Assembly (NCBI RefSeq): GCF_000025505.1
Contig: NC_013849.1
Span: 660,001-692,000 of the forward strand
Source: Ferroglobus placidus DSM 10642
Lineage (GTDB): Archaea; Halobacteriota; Archaeoglobi; Archaeoglobales; Archaeoglobaceae
Direction of reading: 5' to 3'
DNA length: 32,000 nt
The notes under the pieces are model-generated. The model was not told the origin of the DNA, did no database searches, and saw nothing but the letters and a program-made list of their open reading frames with translations. The stretch's first letter is position 1; every line of letters starts with the position of its first letter. Of this stretch, positions 1-14,113 are shown piece after piece. Made by a program: the position numbers and the translations under genes.

Positions 1-1343
1 CTTATCTTTTCAACCTTAACCTCTAAGTGCAGCTCTCCCATTCCGCTTATTAAGTGCTCTCCGGTCTCTTCGTTCAGAGTTACTTGCAGCGTTGGGTCTT
101 CCTTAGCAAGCTTCCTCAAAACTTCTATGAGCTTTGGCAAGTCTCTCGGGTTTTTAGCTTCAATAGCCATCGTCACAACCGGCTCGCTGAAGTGCTGTAT
201 GGACTCGAAAGGCTCCATATCCTCAACTGATGTGCATGTCGATCCGGCAGCCGCATCTCTTAATCCAACAACCGCCACTATGTTTCCAGCCGGAACTTCC
301 TCAACTTCCACTCTCTTCGGTCCCATGAACAGTCCTACCGTCTGCACTCTGTTTTTGGTCTTCCTGTCTATGATGTAGAGGTCCATTCCCGGCTTTAGCG
401 TTCCGCTGAAAAGCCTTCCTACGGCTATCTCTCCAGCGTGAGGATCTGCGACGATCTTCGTTATCATTAAAGCTACCGGTCCTTTGGGATCGCAGTTGAG
501 CATAGCCTGTCCAACCTTGCTGTTTATGTCTCCCTTCCATATCGTCCTTATTCTCTCCTTCTGAGCCTCTATCGGCGAAGGCAAGTGCTTTACGACCATG
601 TCAAGAACGACAACGTGAAGCGGGCTCTTCTTCGCCAAAGTCTTCCAGTCGTCGCTCTGCAAGTATTCGTAAACTTCCTTGAATCCTACTCCCGTTTCCT
701 TCATCGACGGAACGCTCACTGCCCAGTTGTAGAGAGCTGAGCCGAAAGCCACGCTTCCGTTAGTAACGTCAAGCTTCCACTCGTTGTACTTCTCCGGCTT
801 CATCACTTTAATGAGCTTGTTTACCTCGGTGATAACCTTCAACAACCTCTTCTGCATTTCCTCAGGAGTAACTTCCAACTCCCTTATGAGTCTGTCAACC
901 TTGTTTATGAACAGAACGGGCTTTACGTTTTCTCTCAAAGCTTGTCTGAGCACAGTTTCTGTCTGAGGCATCACACCTTCTACTGCATCAACAACCACGA
1001 TGACCCCATCGACAGCTCTCATCGCTCTCGTTACTTCTCCTCCGAAGTCGACGTGTCCTGGAGTGTCTATGAGGTTGATCAGGTATTCTTTCCCCTTGTA
1101 TTCGTGAACCATAGAAACGCTTGCAGCGTTTATTGTAATTCCTCTCTCCCTTTCCTGCTCGTCGAAGTCAAGATAAAGCTGCCTTCCAGCCAGCTCTTCG
1201 CTGATCATTCCAGCTCCGGCTAAGAGGTTATCTGAAAGCGTTGTTTTTCCGTGATCGATGTGAGCGACTATTCCCATGTTTCTGATTCTCTCCGGTTTGT
1301 ACATGAGTTCCTTGATCTTGTCAATCATTTTCTTCGCTCTCAT
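1..1343 (-). CDS. fusA: Translation elongation factor EF-2 (3' end of gene runs off window)
   Basis: Reverse strand from ATG at 1343 reads [41 protein letters not shown]...[14 protein letters not shown]; G1 and G3 GTPase motifs of EF-2. Confidence 0.95.
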   Translation of the reverse strand, partial: MRAKKMIDKIKELMYKPERIRNMGIVAHIDHGKTTLSDNLLAGAGMISEELAGRQLYLDFDEQERERGITINAASVSMVHEYKGKEYLINLIDTPGHVDFGGEVTRAMRAVDGVIVVVDAVEGVMPQTETVLRQALRENVKPVLFINKVDRLIRELEVTPEEMQKRLLKVITEVNKLIKVMKPEKYNEWKLDVTNGSVAFGSALYNWAVSVPSMKETGVGFKEVYEYLQSDDWKTLAKKSPLHVVVLDMVVKHLPSPIEAQKERIRTIWKGDINSKVGQAMLNCDPKGPVALMITKIVADPHAGEIAVGRLFSGTLKPGMDLYIIDRKTKNRVQTVGLFMGPKRVEVEEVPAGNIVAVVGLRDAAAGSTCTSVEDMEPFESIQHFSEPVVTMAIEAKNPRDLPKLIEVLRKLAKEDPTLQVTLNEETGEHLISGMGELHLEVKVEKI

Positions 1344-1348
1344 TTACA

Positions 1349-1933
1349 TCACCTCGCTGATTTGGCGACTCTCTCGACTTCCTCTTTCTTGGCTATAGCG
1401 TAGCTTCTGCTCTCGTTGTTTGCAGCAGCAATTATTTCATCAGCTAAAGCCTGAGCGATGCTTTTCTTGGATTTGAAGGCTGCGAGTCTTGCACCTTCCG
1501 CGATGTTCCTCAAAGCGACATCGAGCCTTCTCAAGCTTGAAGTGTCTACAGCCTTGGGAACGGCAATACCTCCGTACTTTAGCCTAACAACCTCTTCTCT
1601 CGGACCAGCGTTAACGAGAGCGTCAACCAGCACTTGAAGAGGATTCTTCTTCGTCCTCTTTTCTATTATTTCGAAAGCTTCCTTCACGATGTTGTAAGCA
1701 AGTATCTTCTTTCCGGTGTTTCTCCCCTTTCTCATTACCTTGTTTATCAGCCTCTCAACTATGAACACCTTCTGCTTTCCGAAGGGCTCTTTAGCGTGCC
1801 TTCCGTGGGTGTGGGGAACAACTCTCGGCTCTAAGCAGATGTAGTTCTTCAGAGCCGGGTCTTTAACCTCCACTTCAAAAGGATCGTACTTTCCGAATAC
1901 CAAAAGCTCTTCTTTGGTTAGCCCGTACTTCAT
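1349..1933 (-). CDS. rps7: Small ribosomal subunit protein uS7
   Basis: 194-aa ORF with S7 core (NPLQVLVDALVNAGPREEVVRLKYGG, PKAVDTSSLRRLDVALRNIAEGAR); between EF-2 and S12. Confidence 0.95.
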   Translation of the reverse strand: MKYGLTKEELLVFGKYDPFEVEVKDPALKNYICLEPRVVPHTHGRHAKEPFGKQKVFIVERLINKVMRKGRNTGKKILAYNIVKEAFEIIEKRTKKNPLQVLVDALVNAGPREEVVRLKYGGIAVPKAVDTSSLRRLDVALRNIAEGARLAAFKSKKSIAQALADEIIAAANNESRSYAIAKKEEVERVAKSAR

Positions 1934-1937
1934 TAGA

Positions 1938-2366
1938 TCACCTCAGAGGCTTCTCCTTCTTACCCTTCCAGAGCTCCTTAAGGCTCGTTCTGTTCACCTT
2001 GATTACCTTGAATCTTACTCCGGGAATGTCTCCCATCGATCTACCCATTCTTCCTCCAATTCTTTCCACAATCACTTCATCGTGCTCGTCTATGTAGTTT
2101 ATCGCTCCGTCTCCAGGAACGAAAGCCGTTATCTGCTTTCCGTTCTTGATTAGTTGCACTCTTACAGCTTTTCTTATAGCCGAGTTTGGCTGTCGAGCCT
2201 CTATACCTACCTTCTCAAGCACTATCCCTCTTGCCATTGGAGCTCCTTCGAGGGGGTCAGCTTTCACGTTAAGCTCGAGTACTCTTCTCACGTACCTCTT
2301 ATCGCTCCACCTGAACTTCTTCCTGTTTTCGATGAGCTTTCTCGCAGCAAATAATCCTCTCCCCAT
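1938..2366 (-). CDS. rps12: Small ribosomal subunit protein uS12
   Basis: 142-aa ORF with S12 signature [30 protein letters not shown]. Confidence 0.96.
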   Translation of the reverse strand: MGRGLFAARKLIENRKKFRWSDKRYVRRVLELNVKADPLEGAPMARGIVLEKVGIEARQPNSAIRKAVRVQLIKNGKQITAFVPGDGAINYIDEHDEVIVERIGGRMGRSMGDIPGVRFKVIKVNRTSLKELWKGKKEKPLR

Positions 2367-2377
2367 ATTTTCACCCC

Positions 2378-2797
2378 CTATTTCACGATCACATCTTCGA
2401 TATCGTGATGCCTCCTCACGAGTTCTTTAGCTTTGTTTATATTTTTTCCGCCCTTCCCTATAACGAAACCCTTGTACTGGAGAGGTGCGTAGACGTGAGC
2501 GACCTTTTTTCCACCTTTATTAATTATCTTTACCCTGACGTTGATCGGCTTGAATATGTTCTTTATGAACTCCTCGGGGTCTTCGCTGTGCTCGACAATC
2601 TCTATTTTCTTTCCTATTATCTCCTTCGCTTTTTCCACGTTTATTCCGCCTTTTCCTATAGCAAGCCCCATGTCTCCTTTTCTAACGACAAGAACGACCT
2701 TGTCATCGTAGATTAGGCAATCCTTAACGTTTGCTCCGGTGAGACTTTCAAATAGCGTCATAATTCTGATACTCTCAGTCGTGAGCTTAACTTCCAT
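2378..2797 (-). CDS. nusA: NusA-like KH-domain transcription factor (archaeal)
   Basis: 139-aa ORF with KH motifs ([21 protein letters not shown]; [19 protein letters not shown]); conserved position between S12 and L30e. Confidence 0.92.
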   Translation of the reverse strand: MEVKLTTESIRIMTLFESLTGANVKDCLIYDDKVVLVVRKGDMGLAIGKGGINVEKAKEIIGKKIEIVEHSEDPEEFIKNIFKPINVRVKIINKGGKKVAHVYAPLQYKGFVIGKGGKNINKAKELVRRHHDIEDVIVK

Positions 2798-2817
2798 AAA
2801 AACACTCTCCTAAAAAA

Positions 2818-6843
<4,026 letters not shown>

Positions 6844-6854
6844 AGAAACTCACC

Positions 6855-8678
6855 TCACGCCTTATCCCCGAGGATTAACCTCGGAGCGATGAGCATCGAT
6901 TTTAGCTCGTCAAGCAGAAGCTTGAAAGCGTAACTCATCTCTATCTTGTGCACGTTGCTTTCATCGTCGCACACCTTGCAGTAGGCTGTGTTCCTCTTGT
7001 AGTCGTATGTAGCCACGTGTCCGCAGTTTCCGCAAACCCAGACTTCCACCTTATCCGACTCTTCGAGCAGTCTGTCTTTCAAAAGCAGAGCTGCTCCATG
7101 CCCGATCAGGACGTCTCTCTCCATCTCTCCGAACCTAAGACCACCTTTCCTCGATCTTCCCTCCGTTGGCTGTCTCGTGAGGATTTGCACCGGTCCTCTG
7201 CTTCTTGCGTGTATCTTGCTCGAGACCATGTGGTACAACTTCTCGTAGTAAATCACTCCGACGAATATCTCAGCCACAAACCTCTTTCCGGTGATTCCGT
7301 CGTACATAACTTCCTTTCCTGTGTAGGAAAATCCGTATTTCTTTAAAGCCTCTCTGAGATCTTCCTCTTTCTCCCCGTGGAATATTGTTCCGTCAACTCT
7401 TCTCGCTTCGATAGCACCTATCTTCCCTCCAATCATCTCCAGAACGTGACCGACGGTCATTCTCGATGGAATCGCGTGAGGATTAATTATCATGTCCGGA
7501 ACTATTCCGCTTTCGGTGAAGGGCATGTCCTCTTCGGGAACTATCAGCCCTATAACACCTTTCTGCCCGTGCCTCGAAGCGAATTTGTCTCCAAGTTCCG
7601 GAATTCTCTGATCCCTCACTCTAACCTTTGCAAGCTTGGCACCGTTCTCTGAGAGGGTTAGAAAGACTGCATCGACGATTCCACTCTCGTTGCTTCTCAT
7701 CGTAACTGAAGTCTCTCTCCTCTTCTGCGGAGACACTTCGAGTCTTGTAGGCTCCTCAAGGAATCTCGGCGGAGACGTCTTGCCTATGAGAACGTCGTCA
7801 GGACCGACCTCAGTTTCCGGCACAACTAGTCCGTCCTCGTCGAGGTGTATGTAGGCTTCCGCTCCTCTATAGCCATTCACATCGGAAGGGGGAATTTCGA
7901 ACTTATCTTCCTGCCCACCGGGATACCTTATTTCTTCAGCCTCGTAGGTTCTGTAGAAGTGAGATCTTCCCAAACCTCTCTCTATGCTCGCTTTGTTGAA
8001 AATGAGAGCGTCTTCTATGTTGTACCCTTCGTAGCTCACAACAGCAACGACAAAATTCTGTCCAGCCGGTCTTTCATCGTACTTGATTTCAAGCTGCGTA
8101 TCCGTTGTGACGATCGGAATTTGAGGATAGTGTAAAAGGTGCCCCCTCGTGTCGGCTCTAAGCGGAAGATTGGCGTAGGGAATTCCGAGACTCTGCTTTA
8201 TCATCGCAGCTCCCATCGTGTTTCTCGGAGATGCGTTGTGCTCCGGATAAGGAATGCTGCCCGTGCAAATACCGACTATGAGCGAAGGATCGAGCTCAAG
8301 GTGGGTGTGCTCCTCAGTCAGCTCTTCTTCGTTCACCGCTATGTAAGCGTTCTCTTCCTCCTCAGCGTCGAGAAATTCGATTCTTCCCTGCCTTACGAGG
8401 TCTTCGAAGGTAATCTCTCCCTTCTTAAGCTTTTCTATGTGCTTTTCAGTCACGAGGGGTTTTCCGTTTTTGACGACTATGAGAGGTCTTCTCGCCCTTC
8501 CCGCATCCGTGTTTATCCTGACTTCATTGGAGTCTGGATAGTATGCGACGTTGACCTGATTGCTTATCCTCCCCTTCCTCCTCAACTCTCTAATCTGCTC
8601 CGCAAGAGCTTTTCCGTCATCAACAAAACCTATTAGCGCCCCGTTAACGTAAACCCTACATTTCCTCATGATCTTCAC
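6855..8678 (-). CDS. rpoB1: DNA-directed RNA polymerase subunit B' (C-terminal half of B)
   Basis: 607-aa ORF with [50 protein letters not shown]. Confidence 0.97.
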   Translation of the reverse strand: MKIMRKCRVYVNGALIGFVDDGKALAEQIRELRRKGRISNQVNVAYYPDSNEVRINTDAGRARRPLIVVKNGKPLVTEKHIEKLKKGEITFEDLVRQGRIEFLDAEEEENAYIAVNEEELTEEHTHLELDPSLIVGICTGSIPYPEHNASPRNTMGAAMIKQSLGIPYANLPLRADTRGHLLHYPQIPIVTTDTQLEIKYDERPAGQNFVVAVVSYEGYNIEDALIFNKASIERGLGRSHFYRTYEAEEIRYPGGQEDKFEIPPSDVNGYRGAEAYIHLDEDGLVVPETEVGPDDVLIGKTSPPRFLEEPTRLEVSPQKRRETSVTMRSNESGIVDAVFLTLSENGAKLAKVRVRDQRIPELGDKFASRHGQKGVIGLIVPEEDMPFTESGIVPDMIINPHAIPSRMTVGHVLEMIGGKIGAIEARRVDGTIFHGEKEEDLREALKKYGFSYTGKEVMYDGITGKRFVAEIFVGVIYYEKLYHMVSSKIHARSRGPVQILTRQPTEGRSRKGGLRFGEMERDVLIGHGAALLLKDRLLEESDKVEVWVCGNCGHVATYDYKRNTAYCKVCDDESNVHKIEMSYAFKLLLDELKSMLIAPRLILGDKA

Positions 8679-10150
8679 CTTCCCTTAATCGGCTCGACGC
8701 CGAGGGAGTAAAGGACGTTTATAATCTCATTCTCGTCGACACCAACGCTTACCTCAGCATACTGAGCGAAGTTCTTCACCAATCCACAGTTCGGACCTTC
8801 AGGAGTTTCGTTCGGACAAATTCTTCCCCACTGCGTCGGATGCAAATCTCTCGCTTCGAAGTGGGGCTGCGATCTTGATAGGGGAGAAACCACTCTTCTC
8901 AAATGTGAGAGGAGGGACATGTAGTTGTGCCTGTCTATGAGCTGGGAAACTCCGGTTCTCCCACCAACCCAGTTCCCTGTAGCCATTGGATGCATTAGTC
9001 TGTCGGTAAGAACGTCGCTCCTTACAGCTGTGCTCATTCTCAGCTGCCTTCCTCTAACCTTAGCTCTTTCGAGCTGATACTTAACGTCCTTAATTAGCCT
9101 TAGGAATGCAACTCTGAAAATTTCCTCCATCAAATCTCCGGCAAGCTTCAACCTTTTGTTAGCGTAATGATCTTTATCGTCTTCCATTCTGTAGCCTAAA
9201 TAAAGTTCGAAAACGGCTTCAGCCATTCTCGCGAGGAAGAATGCTTTTGCTCTTCTTGCCTCCTTTTCCGTTCCTATGTGGGGTAAGAAGTAGTGATCTA
9301 TTACCTGCGTTGCCCTCTCAATCCTGTATTCTTTGCTCTGACCCGGAGCGACTCTCCTTCCGATGTAGTCTATGGCTTCTTCCTGAGTTTCAACTTCAGC
9401 GACTTCAACGTTTTCGAGCATGAACTTCATTATCTCTGGATCCTCGCTTACCATCTCGACTATCTCCTGATCGCTCTCCACGCCGAGAGCTCTCATCATC
9501 ACGACGAATTGTATCGGCTTTGGAATCTGGGGGAAGGTTACTTCGAGAATGTTGTTTCTGTTTCTCTCAACGACAACCAAAGCTCTGTAGCCGGAGCGCT
9601 GGCTGAAGCATTTCGCTACTTCTACCGGCTCTCCGTACTTCTCCTCTCTTTCGAGAATTATCTTGTTCGGAGCGAGATCTTCTAAAGTGACGAGAGCTCT
9701 TTCGCTTCCGTTTATTATGAAGTAACCGCCCGGATCGAGGGGATCTTCTCCGAATTTCGACGTATCTTTAACTCCGTAGAGGTTGCAGATTTTTGACTTC
9801 ACCATTACCGGCAGCATTCCTATTTTTACCCACTCCTCCTGCTGCGGAGCCCCTTCGTCGACGACTTGACACTTCAGCCAGATTGGCGACGCGTAGGTTA
9901 GATTTCTGAGTCTGGCTTCTACCGGATAAAGCAAGTGCTCAGTACCGTCAGCCTCCTTAACTTTCGGTCTGTCGAGCTTAACTTCTCCGAGAACTACGTA
10001 CGTGTTCTCGATGTCCAGTTCGATAATCCCTTGCTCGTCGATAACCTTTTGCAACCTCTCTTCGATAAATCTGTTGAACGAGTCAAGCTGGTGCCTCACC
10101 AATCTGTCGTGAGTAAAGTAGGCACGAGCAAGAACTCTCCTATCTAACAT
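8675..10150 (-). CDS. rpoB2: DNA-directed RNA polymerase subunit B'' (N-terminal half of B)
   Basis: 491-aa ORF with [36 protein letters not shown]; 4-nt overlap with B'. Confidence 0.97.
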   Translation of the reverse strand: MLDRRVLARAYFTHDRLVRHQLDSFNRFIEERLQKVIDEQGIIELDIENTYVVLGEVKLDRPKVKEADGTEHLLYPVEARLRNLTYASPIWLKCQVVDEGAPQQEEWVKIGMLPVMVKSKICNLYGVKDTSKFGEDPLDPGGYFIINGSERALVTLEDLAPNKIILEREEKYGEPVEVAKCFSQRSGYRALVVVERNRNNILEVTFPQIPKPIQFVVMMRALGVESDQEIVEMVSEDPEIMKFMLENVEVAEVETQEEAIDYIGRRVAPGQSKEYRIERATQVIDHYFLPHIGTEKEARRAKAFFLARMAEAVFELYLGYRMEDDKDHYANKRLKLAGDLMEEIFRVAFLRLIKDVKYQLERAKVRGRQLRMSTAVRSDVLTDRLMHPMATGNWVGGRTGVSQLIDRHNYMSLLSHLRRVVSPLSRSQPHFEARDLHPTQWGRICPNETPEGPNCGLVKNFAQYAEVSVGVDENEIINVLYSLGVEPIKGR

Positions 10151-10196
10151 CCCACCACCTCAAAATTTTCCCCAATTCCGAAAAACGTTCTCGTTT

Positions 10197-10427
10197 TCAT
10201 ATAACCAGTCTGTAAGCGATACTTTTTCCGGCAGTTTTACTCTCCCTAATAATTCTAACGATATCACCCGGCTTAGCACCAATTTCTTTAGCAATAGGGT
10301 CGTCTGCCCTAATTTTAGGAAGATCCTCTTTTCTAACACCGAGTATTTTAAGGAGTTCTTCAGCTTCCTCCTTACTCAACAACTCGTGTTTCGGAACCAG
10401 TATGTGATCCTGAAGCTTGAACTTCAT
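10197..10427 (-). CDS. rpoH: DNA-directed RNA polymerase subunit H
   Basis: 76-aa [32 protein letters not shown]...[37 protein letters not shown]. Confidence 0.95.
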   Translation of the reverse strand: MKFKLQDHILVPKHELLSKEEAEELLKILGVRKEDLPKIRADDPIAKEIGAKPGDIVRIIRESKTAGKSIAYRLVI

Positions 10428-10460
10428 GTCCTACCTCCTCTTCGTAAAGGGAGTAAGTAA

Positions 10461-10534
10461 CGGGCTCGACGGGATTTGAACCCGCGACCGACGGGTTAAA
10501 AGCCCGTCGCTCTACCTGGCTGAGCTACGAGCCC
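10461..10534 (-). tRNA. tRNA-Lys (anticodon TTT)
   Basis: Reverse complement GGGCTCGTAGCTCAGCCAGGTAGAGCGACGGGCTTTTAACCCGTCGGTCGCGGGTTCAAATCCCGTCGAGCCCG folds as a cloverleaf: 7-bp acceptor, anticodon loop CTTTTAA, GGTTCAAATCC T-arm. Confidence 0.95.
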
Positions 10535-10644
10535 TCCCTCAGCATTTCCCACTAAACACTCTATCTGCTTTTAAGAGTTTCGCACATAATAAATATTTTA
10601 CCGCCCAAAAGTATTATAAATCCGACAAGTGTTTTCGCTTTTGA

Positions 10645-10720
<76 letters not shown>

Positions 10721-10829
10721 TCTTCTAAACTGTTTAGAAATGATCGCAAGCCGGATACATGATGTTTCCAGATTACGTTGCAATTGGAATGTTAATCGGA
10801 AATATAGCCTTTTTAATCTCTCTGATAGC

Positions 10830-11093
10830 CTAAGCGATCAGGAACGTCTCACATAAAGGAAAAGGTAAAAAATTAACAAGATTAGGAATATCAGAGGAGA
10901 GAATCCGATTAAAAATCCTTTCTTCTTTATTGGTTGGAAAGATTATCAAAGGATTTTCAGCCAGTTTAGATCCCTTTCCCAGTATCTGCGGTAACAGGTA
11001 GATCAGAACTCCAGCTATGATCAGGAATATTCTGAAGATTATCAGGCTCAACCCCAAGAACTTTTCGAACTCGATTAACTCCTTCATCGTCAT
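10830..11093 (-). pseudogene. Small membrane protein gene, possibly frameshifted (second TM segment lies in another frame)
   Basis: Frame A encodes one TM segment (GLSLIIFRIFLIIAGVLIYLLPQI) and then becomes non-hydrophobic. Around 10920 an adjacent reading frame opens as KKKGFLIGFSPLIFLILLIFYLFLYVRRS* ending at 10838. Confidence 0.45.
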
Positions 11094-11313
11094 ATAAGCG
11101 TTCTACGAACTTATTTATGAAGATTTTATTTATGAAGATTTCTTGAGAAGTGTGTTGCTTCATTTAACCGCTTGAGATCTTTGATAACCTGTCCGATAGC
11201 TGAACTGTAAACTTCATTCGAGACCTCTTCTTCGCCTCTTCCAGCGTGTAAACTTTCATCCTCCTCTTCACTAAATTATTGTCAGAATAAGGAAAAACGG
11301 TTGAAGAACGCTT

Positions 11314-12549
11314 TCAGGGAAATATCCCTCTGAGCTCCAAAGCTTTTACAACTCTTCTTAATGCCAAGATCATTGCGGCATCTCTCATCAAAATTGCTCC
11401 GAACTCTCTTTTTGTCTTAACGACGTCTTCGAAAGCTCTGACCATTATTCTCTCAAGCTCGGAATTAACTCTTTCCTCATCCCAGAAATATCTTTCGAGG
11501 TCCTGAACCCACTCGAAGTAGCTTACGACGACACCTCCGGCGTTGGCAAGTATATCCGGCACCACAAGCTCACATTTTTTGTCCAAATACTCCTCAGCCT
11601 CCGGAGTGATCGGACCGTTTGCAGCTTCGACGATTATTCTTGCTTTAACATTCCTAACGTTATCCTTCGTTATGACGTTCTCGATGGCTGCCGGAATTAA
11701 AACGTCCACATCTAAGCTCAAAAGTTCTTCGTTTGTTATGTTTTCCGCGAAATTCAGAACACTTCCGGTTCTTTTTTTGTGTTCAAAAAGTGCTTCGATA
11801 TCCAGACCTTCCCAGTTTAAAACTCCTCCTTTCGAGTCGCTTACAGCCACAATTTTAGCTCCCATCTCCGAAAGAATCTTGGCGGCATGATATCCAACAT
11901 TTCCAAAACCTTGAATCGCTACAGTTAAATTTTTCAGATCCTCTCCAAGAAGTTTCGCAACCTCCCTCGTTATTATCGCCACTCCTCTCCCAGTGGCTGA
12001 TTTTCTTCCGAGAGAACCGCCAAGCTCAACCGGCTTTCCAGTTACGATGCCTGGAACCGCGTATCCTTTATAAACGCTGTAGGTATCCATAATCCAAGCC
12101 ATCACCCTCTCGTCTGTGTACAAGTCCGGAGCGGGGATGTCTCTTTCCGGACCTATTATCGGAAGTATCGCGGCAGTATACCTCCTCGTCAACCTTTCAA
12201 GTTCGCTCTCGCTCAGCTTTTTTGGATCGACTCTTACTCCTCCTTTCCCCCCGCCGAAAGGAATGTTCACGACAGCGCACTTCCAAGTCATCCACATAGC
12301 TAAAGCAACTACTTCATCTCTATTCACGTTCGGATGATACCTTATCCCGCCTTTGTAAGGACCTCTAATTCCGCAGTGCTGAGCTCTGTAGCCAGTAAAT
12401 ACCTCGATTCTTCCATCGTCCATTTTTACGGGAATCTTTACTTCGATTACCCTATCGGGAACTTTTAAGTACTCCACGACGTCTTCCCTCAAATTTATCA
12501 TCTCTGCCGCTCTTTCGAGCTGAACGCAAGCCATTTCGTAAGGATTCAT
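11314..12549 (-). CDS. gdhA: Glutamate dehydrogenase (Glu/Leu/Phe/Val dehydrogenase family)
   Basis: Reads GIRGPYKGGIRYHP...ALAMWMTWKCAVVNIPFGGGKGGV, GFGNVGYHAAKIL. Start chosen at MNPYEMACVQL (12549), after GGTGGAGG, rather than the track start 12615. Confidence 0.95.
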   Translation of the reverse strand: MNPYEMACVQLERAAEMINLREDVVEYLKVPDRVIEVKIPVKMDDGRIEVFTGYRAQHCGIRGPYKGGIRYHPNVNRDEVVALAMWMTWKCAVVNIPFGGGKGGVRVDPKKLSESELERLTRRYTAAILPIIGPERDIPAPDLYTDERVMAWIMDTYSVYKGYAVPGIVTGKPVELGGSLGRKSATGRGVAIITREVAKLLGEDLKNLTVAIQGFGNVGYHAAKILSEMGAKIVAVSDSKGGVLNWEGLDIEALFEHKKRTGSVLNFAENITNEELLSLDVDVLIPAAIENVITKDNVRNVKARIIVEAANGPITPEAEEYLDKKCELVVPDILANAGGVVVSYFEWVQDLERYFWDEERVNSELERIMVRAFEDVVKTKREFGAILMRDAAMILALRRVVKALELRGIFP

Positions 12550-12782
12550 TCCTCCACCTCCAAAAATCCGTACTCCTTTCCAATTTCCAACCAAGCCCAA
12601 GCCCAAACGACGCATTCAAAAGCTCTAATCAAATCGTTCTTTCTCAAAAAATATTCGGAATCAGATATGTACGCTCTGATGTTTCTCTCAAAATCCTCAA
12701 ATCCGTTCTTAGCTCTAAACTTCTTCTTCTTTATCCTCTCCAGCCACTTGATCGTCTCTTCTCTAAGTTCTTCTTCCACCAA
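12546..12782 (-). CDS. DUF357-like small archaeal protein
   Basis: 78-aa ORF ending ...FERNIRAYISDSEYFLRKNDLIRAFECVVWAWAWLEIGKEYG, resembling DUF357; overlaps gdhA start by 4 nt. Confidence 0.65.
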   Translation of the reverse strand: MVEEELREETIKWLERIKKKKFRAKNGFEDFERNIRAYISDSEYFLRKNDLIRAFECVVWAWAWLEIGKEYGFLEVEE

Positions 12783-14040
12783 CTTTAACCACCTTCAGCT
12801 TTAATCCCTCTCTTCCGACGACTTCCACCTCATCTCCAACTTCAAGCTTTTCACCGCAAACGACTTCCCAGATTTCCCCTCCGATTTTTGCGAAAGCCCT
12901 CTTATTTACGCTTATAACTTCCCCCCTCTTCCCGATTATCGCCTCTCCACCAATTTTCTTTCTCTCTTTTCTCAGCTGAGAAATCTTAACTATCGCAAAG
13001 GTCATTATTAAAGCCGTGCCTATTGCAACTCCAAGTACAAAGTTTCTTGCTTCGCTGTAGAACTTTTCCGGAAGCATAGGCTCGTTTATCAGCATGAGCA
13101 TCCCGAGAACGAAGCAGAAAATTGAAGCCGCGGCGAGAAATCCGTAAGTTGGAGTAATAAGTTCTGCTATCAGAAAAATTATTGCCAAGAGAATTAATAG
13201 AGCACCTAAGTAGTTAATCTGCATAACACCAAGTCCTGCTAAGGCGAGAATCAGGAAAATAGCACCGAGGGTTTCCGGAATGTAGCCCGGAGACGTTAGT
13301 CCGAAAATGAGGAGGTATATTCCGAGGATTAGAAGTATTGAAGCTATTTCTGGATTCGTGATGAAGTCGTAAATTGTTCCTCTCAAATCGTTTTCTACGT
13401 AAATTATCTCGGGTCTTTCTAAATTCAGCCTAACTTTTTCGCCGTTTACCTCAACTTCCCAGCCGTTTATCTTTTCAAAAAGTTCTTCCTTCGAGTTGGC
13501 GATGACGTCAATCACGTTGTACTTCAAAGCCTCTTTTGCTGACAAGCTGTAAGCTTCCGTGACGAATTTTTCGATTGCCGTTGCGTTTCTCCCCCTCTTC
13601 TCAGCTATGCTTTTCACGTAGCTCGCTAAATATTTTACAGCCTTTTCCTCGACCTTCGTCCCTTCTACTCCCACGGCTATTGGCGTTGCAGCTCCTACAG
13701 AAGTTCCTTCGCTCATTGCAGCAACGTGTCCGGCTATGAGTATGATCGAACCAGCTGAGGCTGAAAAAGCTCCTTGAGGATAAACGTAAGTTACTACGGG
13801 AATTTTGCTGGATAGAATCATCGAGACAATTTTCTCAGTTGATTTAACCAATCCTCCCGGCGTGTCGAGGGTTATTAAAATAGCGTCGGCGTTCTCCTCT
13901 TCAGCTATTTTGAACGCTCTCTCTATCTTTATTACCGTTCCCTCGTTAATAGCTCCTTCTATTCTCACCTCCACAACTTTTGAAGCTTCTGCCTTTGCGA
14001 TTAAAAGGAGGAGCAATATCGGAAGGAGTTTTCTCATCAA
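12763..14040 (-). CDS. NfeD-family membrane-bound ClpP-class serine protease
   Basis: 425-aa ORF: signal peptide, ITLDTPGGLVKSTEKIV, PQGAFSASAGSIILIAGHVAAMSEGTSVGAATPI, four or more TMs, C-terminal OB-like NfeD domain. Confidence 0.9.
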   Translation of the reverse strand: MMRKLLPILLLLLIAKAEASKVVEVRIEGAINEGTVIKIERAFKIAEEENADAILITLDTPGGLVKSTEKIVSMILSSKIPVVTYVYPQGAFSASAGSIILIAGHVAAMSEGTSVGAATPIAVGVEGTKVEEKAVKYLASYVKSIAEKRGRNATAIEKFVTEAYSLSAKEALKYNVIDVIANSKEELFEKINGWEVEVNGEKVRLNLERPEIIYVENDLRGTIYDFITNPEIASILLILGIYLLIFGLTSPGYIPETLGAIFLILALAGLGVMQINYLGALLILLAIIFLIAELITPTYGFLAAASIFCFVLGMLMLINEPMLPEKFYSEARNFVLGVAIGTALIMTFAIVKISQLRKERKKIGGEAIIGKRGEVISVNKRAFAKIGGEIWEVVCGEKLEVGDEVEVVGREGLKLKVVKVGGRRT

Positions 14041-14113
14041 AAAATTCTGGCAGTTTCAGCGTTAAAAATGTGTCGAATCGTTTTCTTTAAAAAGCAAAAC
14101 ACGTCAGTTTTCT

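Noticed and set aside
8675-8678. Split RNA polymerase B subunit as a gene fission anomaly
   Set aside because: B'/B'' splitting (and A'/A'') is known in many euryarchaea; the halves are intact and overlap by 4 nt, so it is normal.
11164-11259. 31-aa minus-strand ORF MKVYTLEEAKKRSRMKFTVQLSDRLSKISSG
   Set aside because: Short, with no recognisable domain; not distinguishable from chance with sequence alone.
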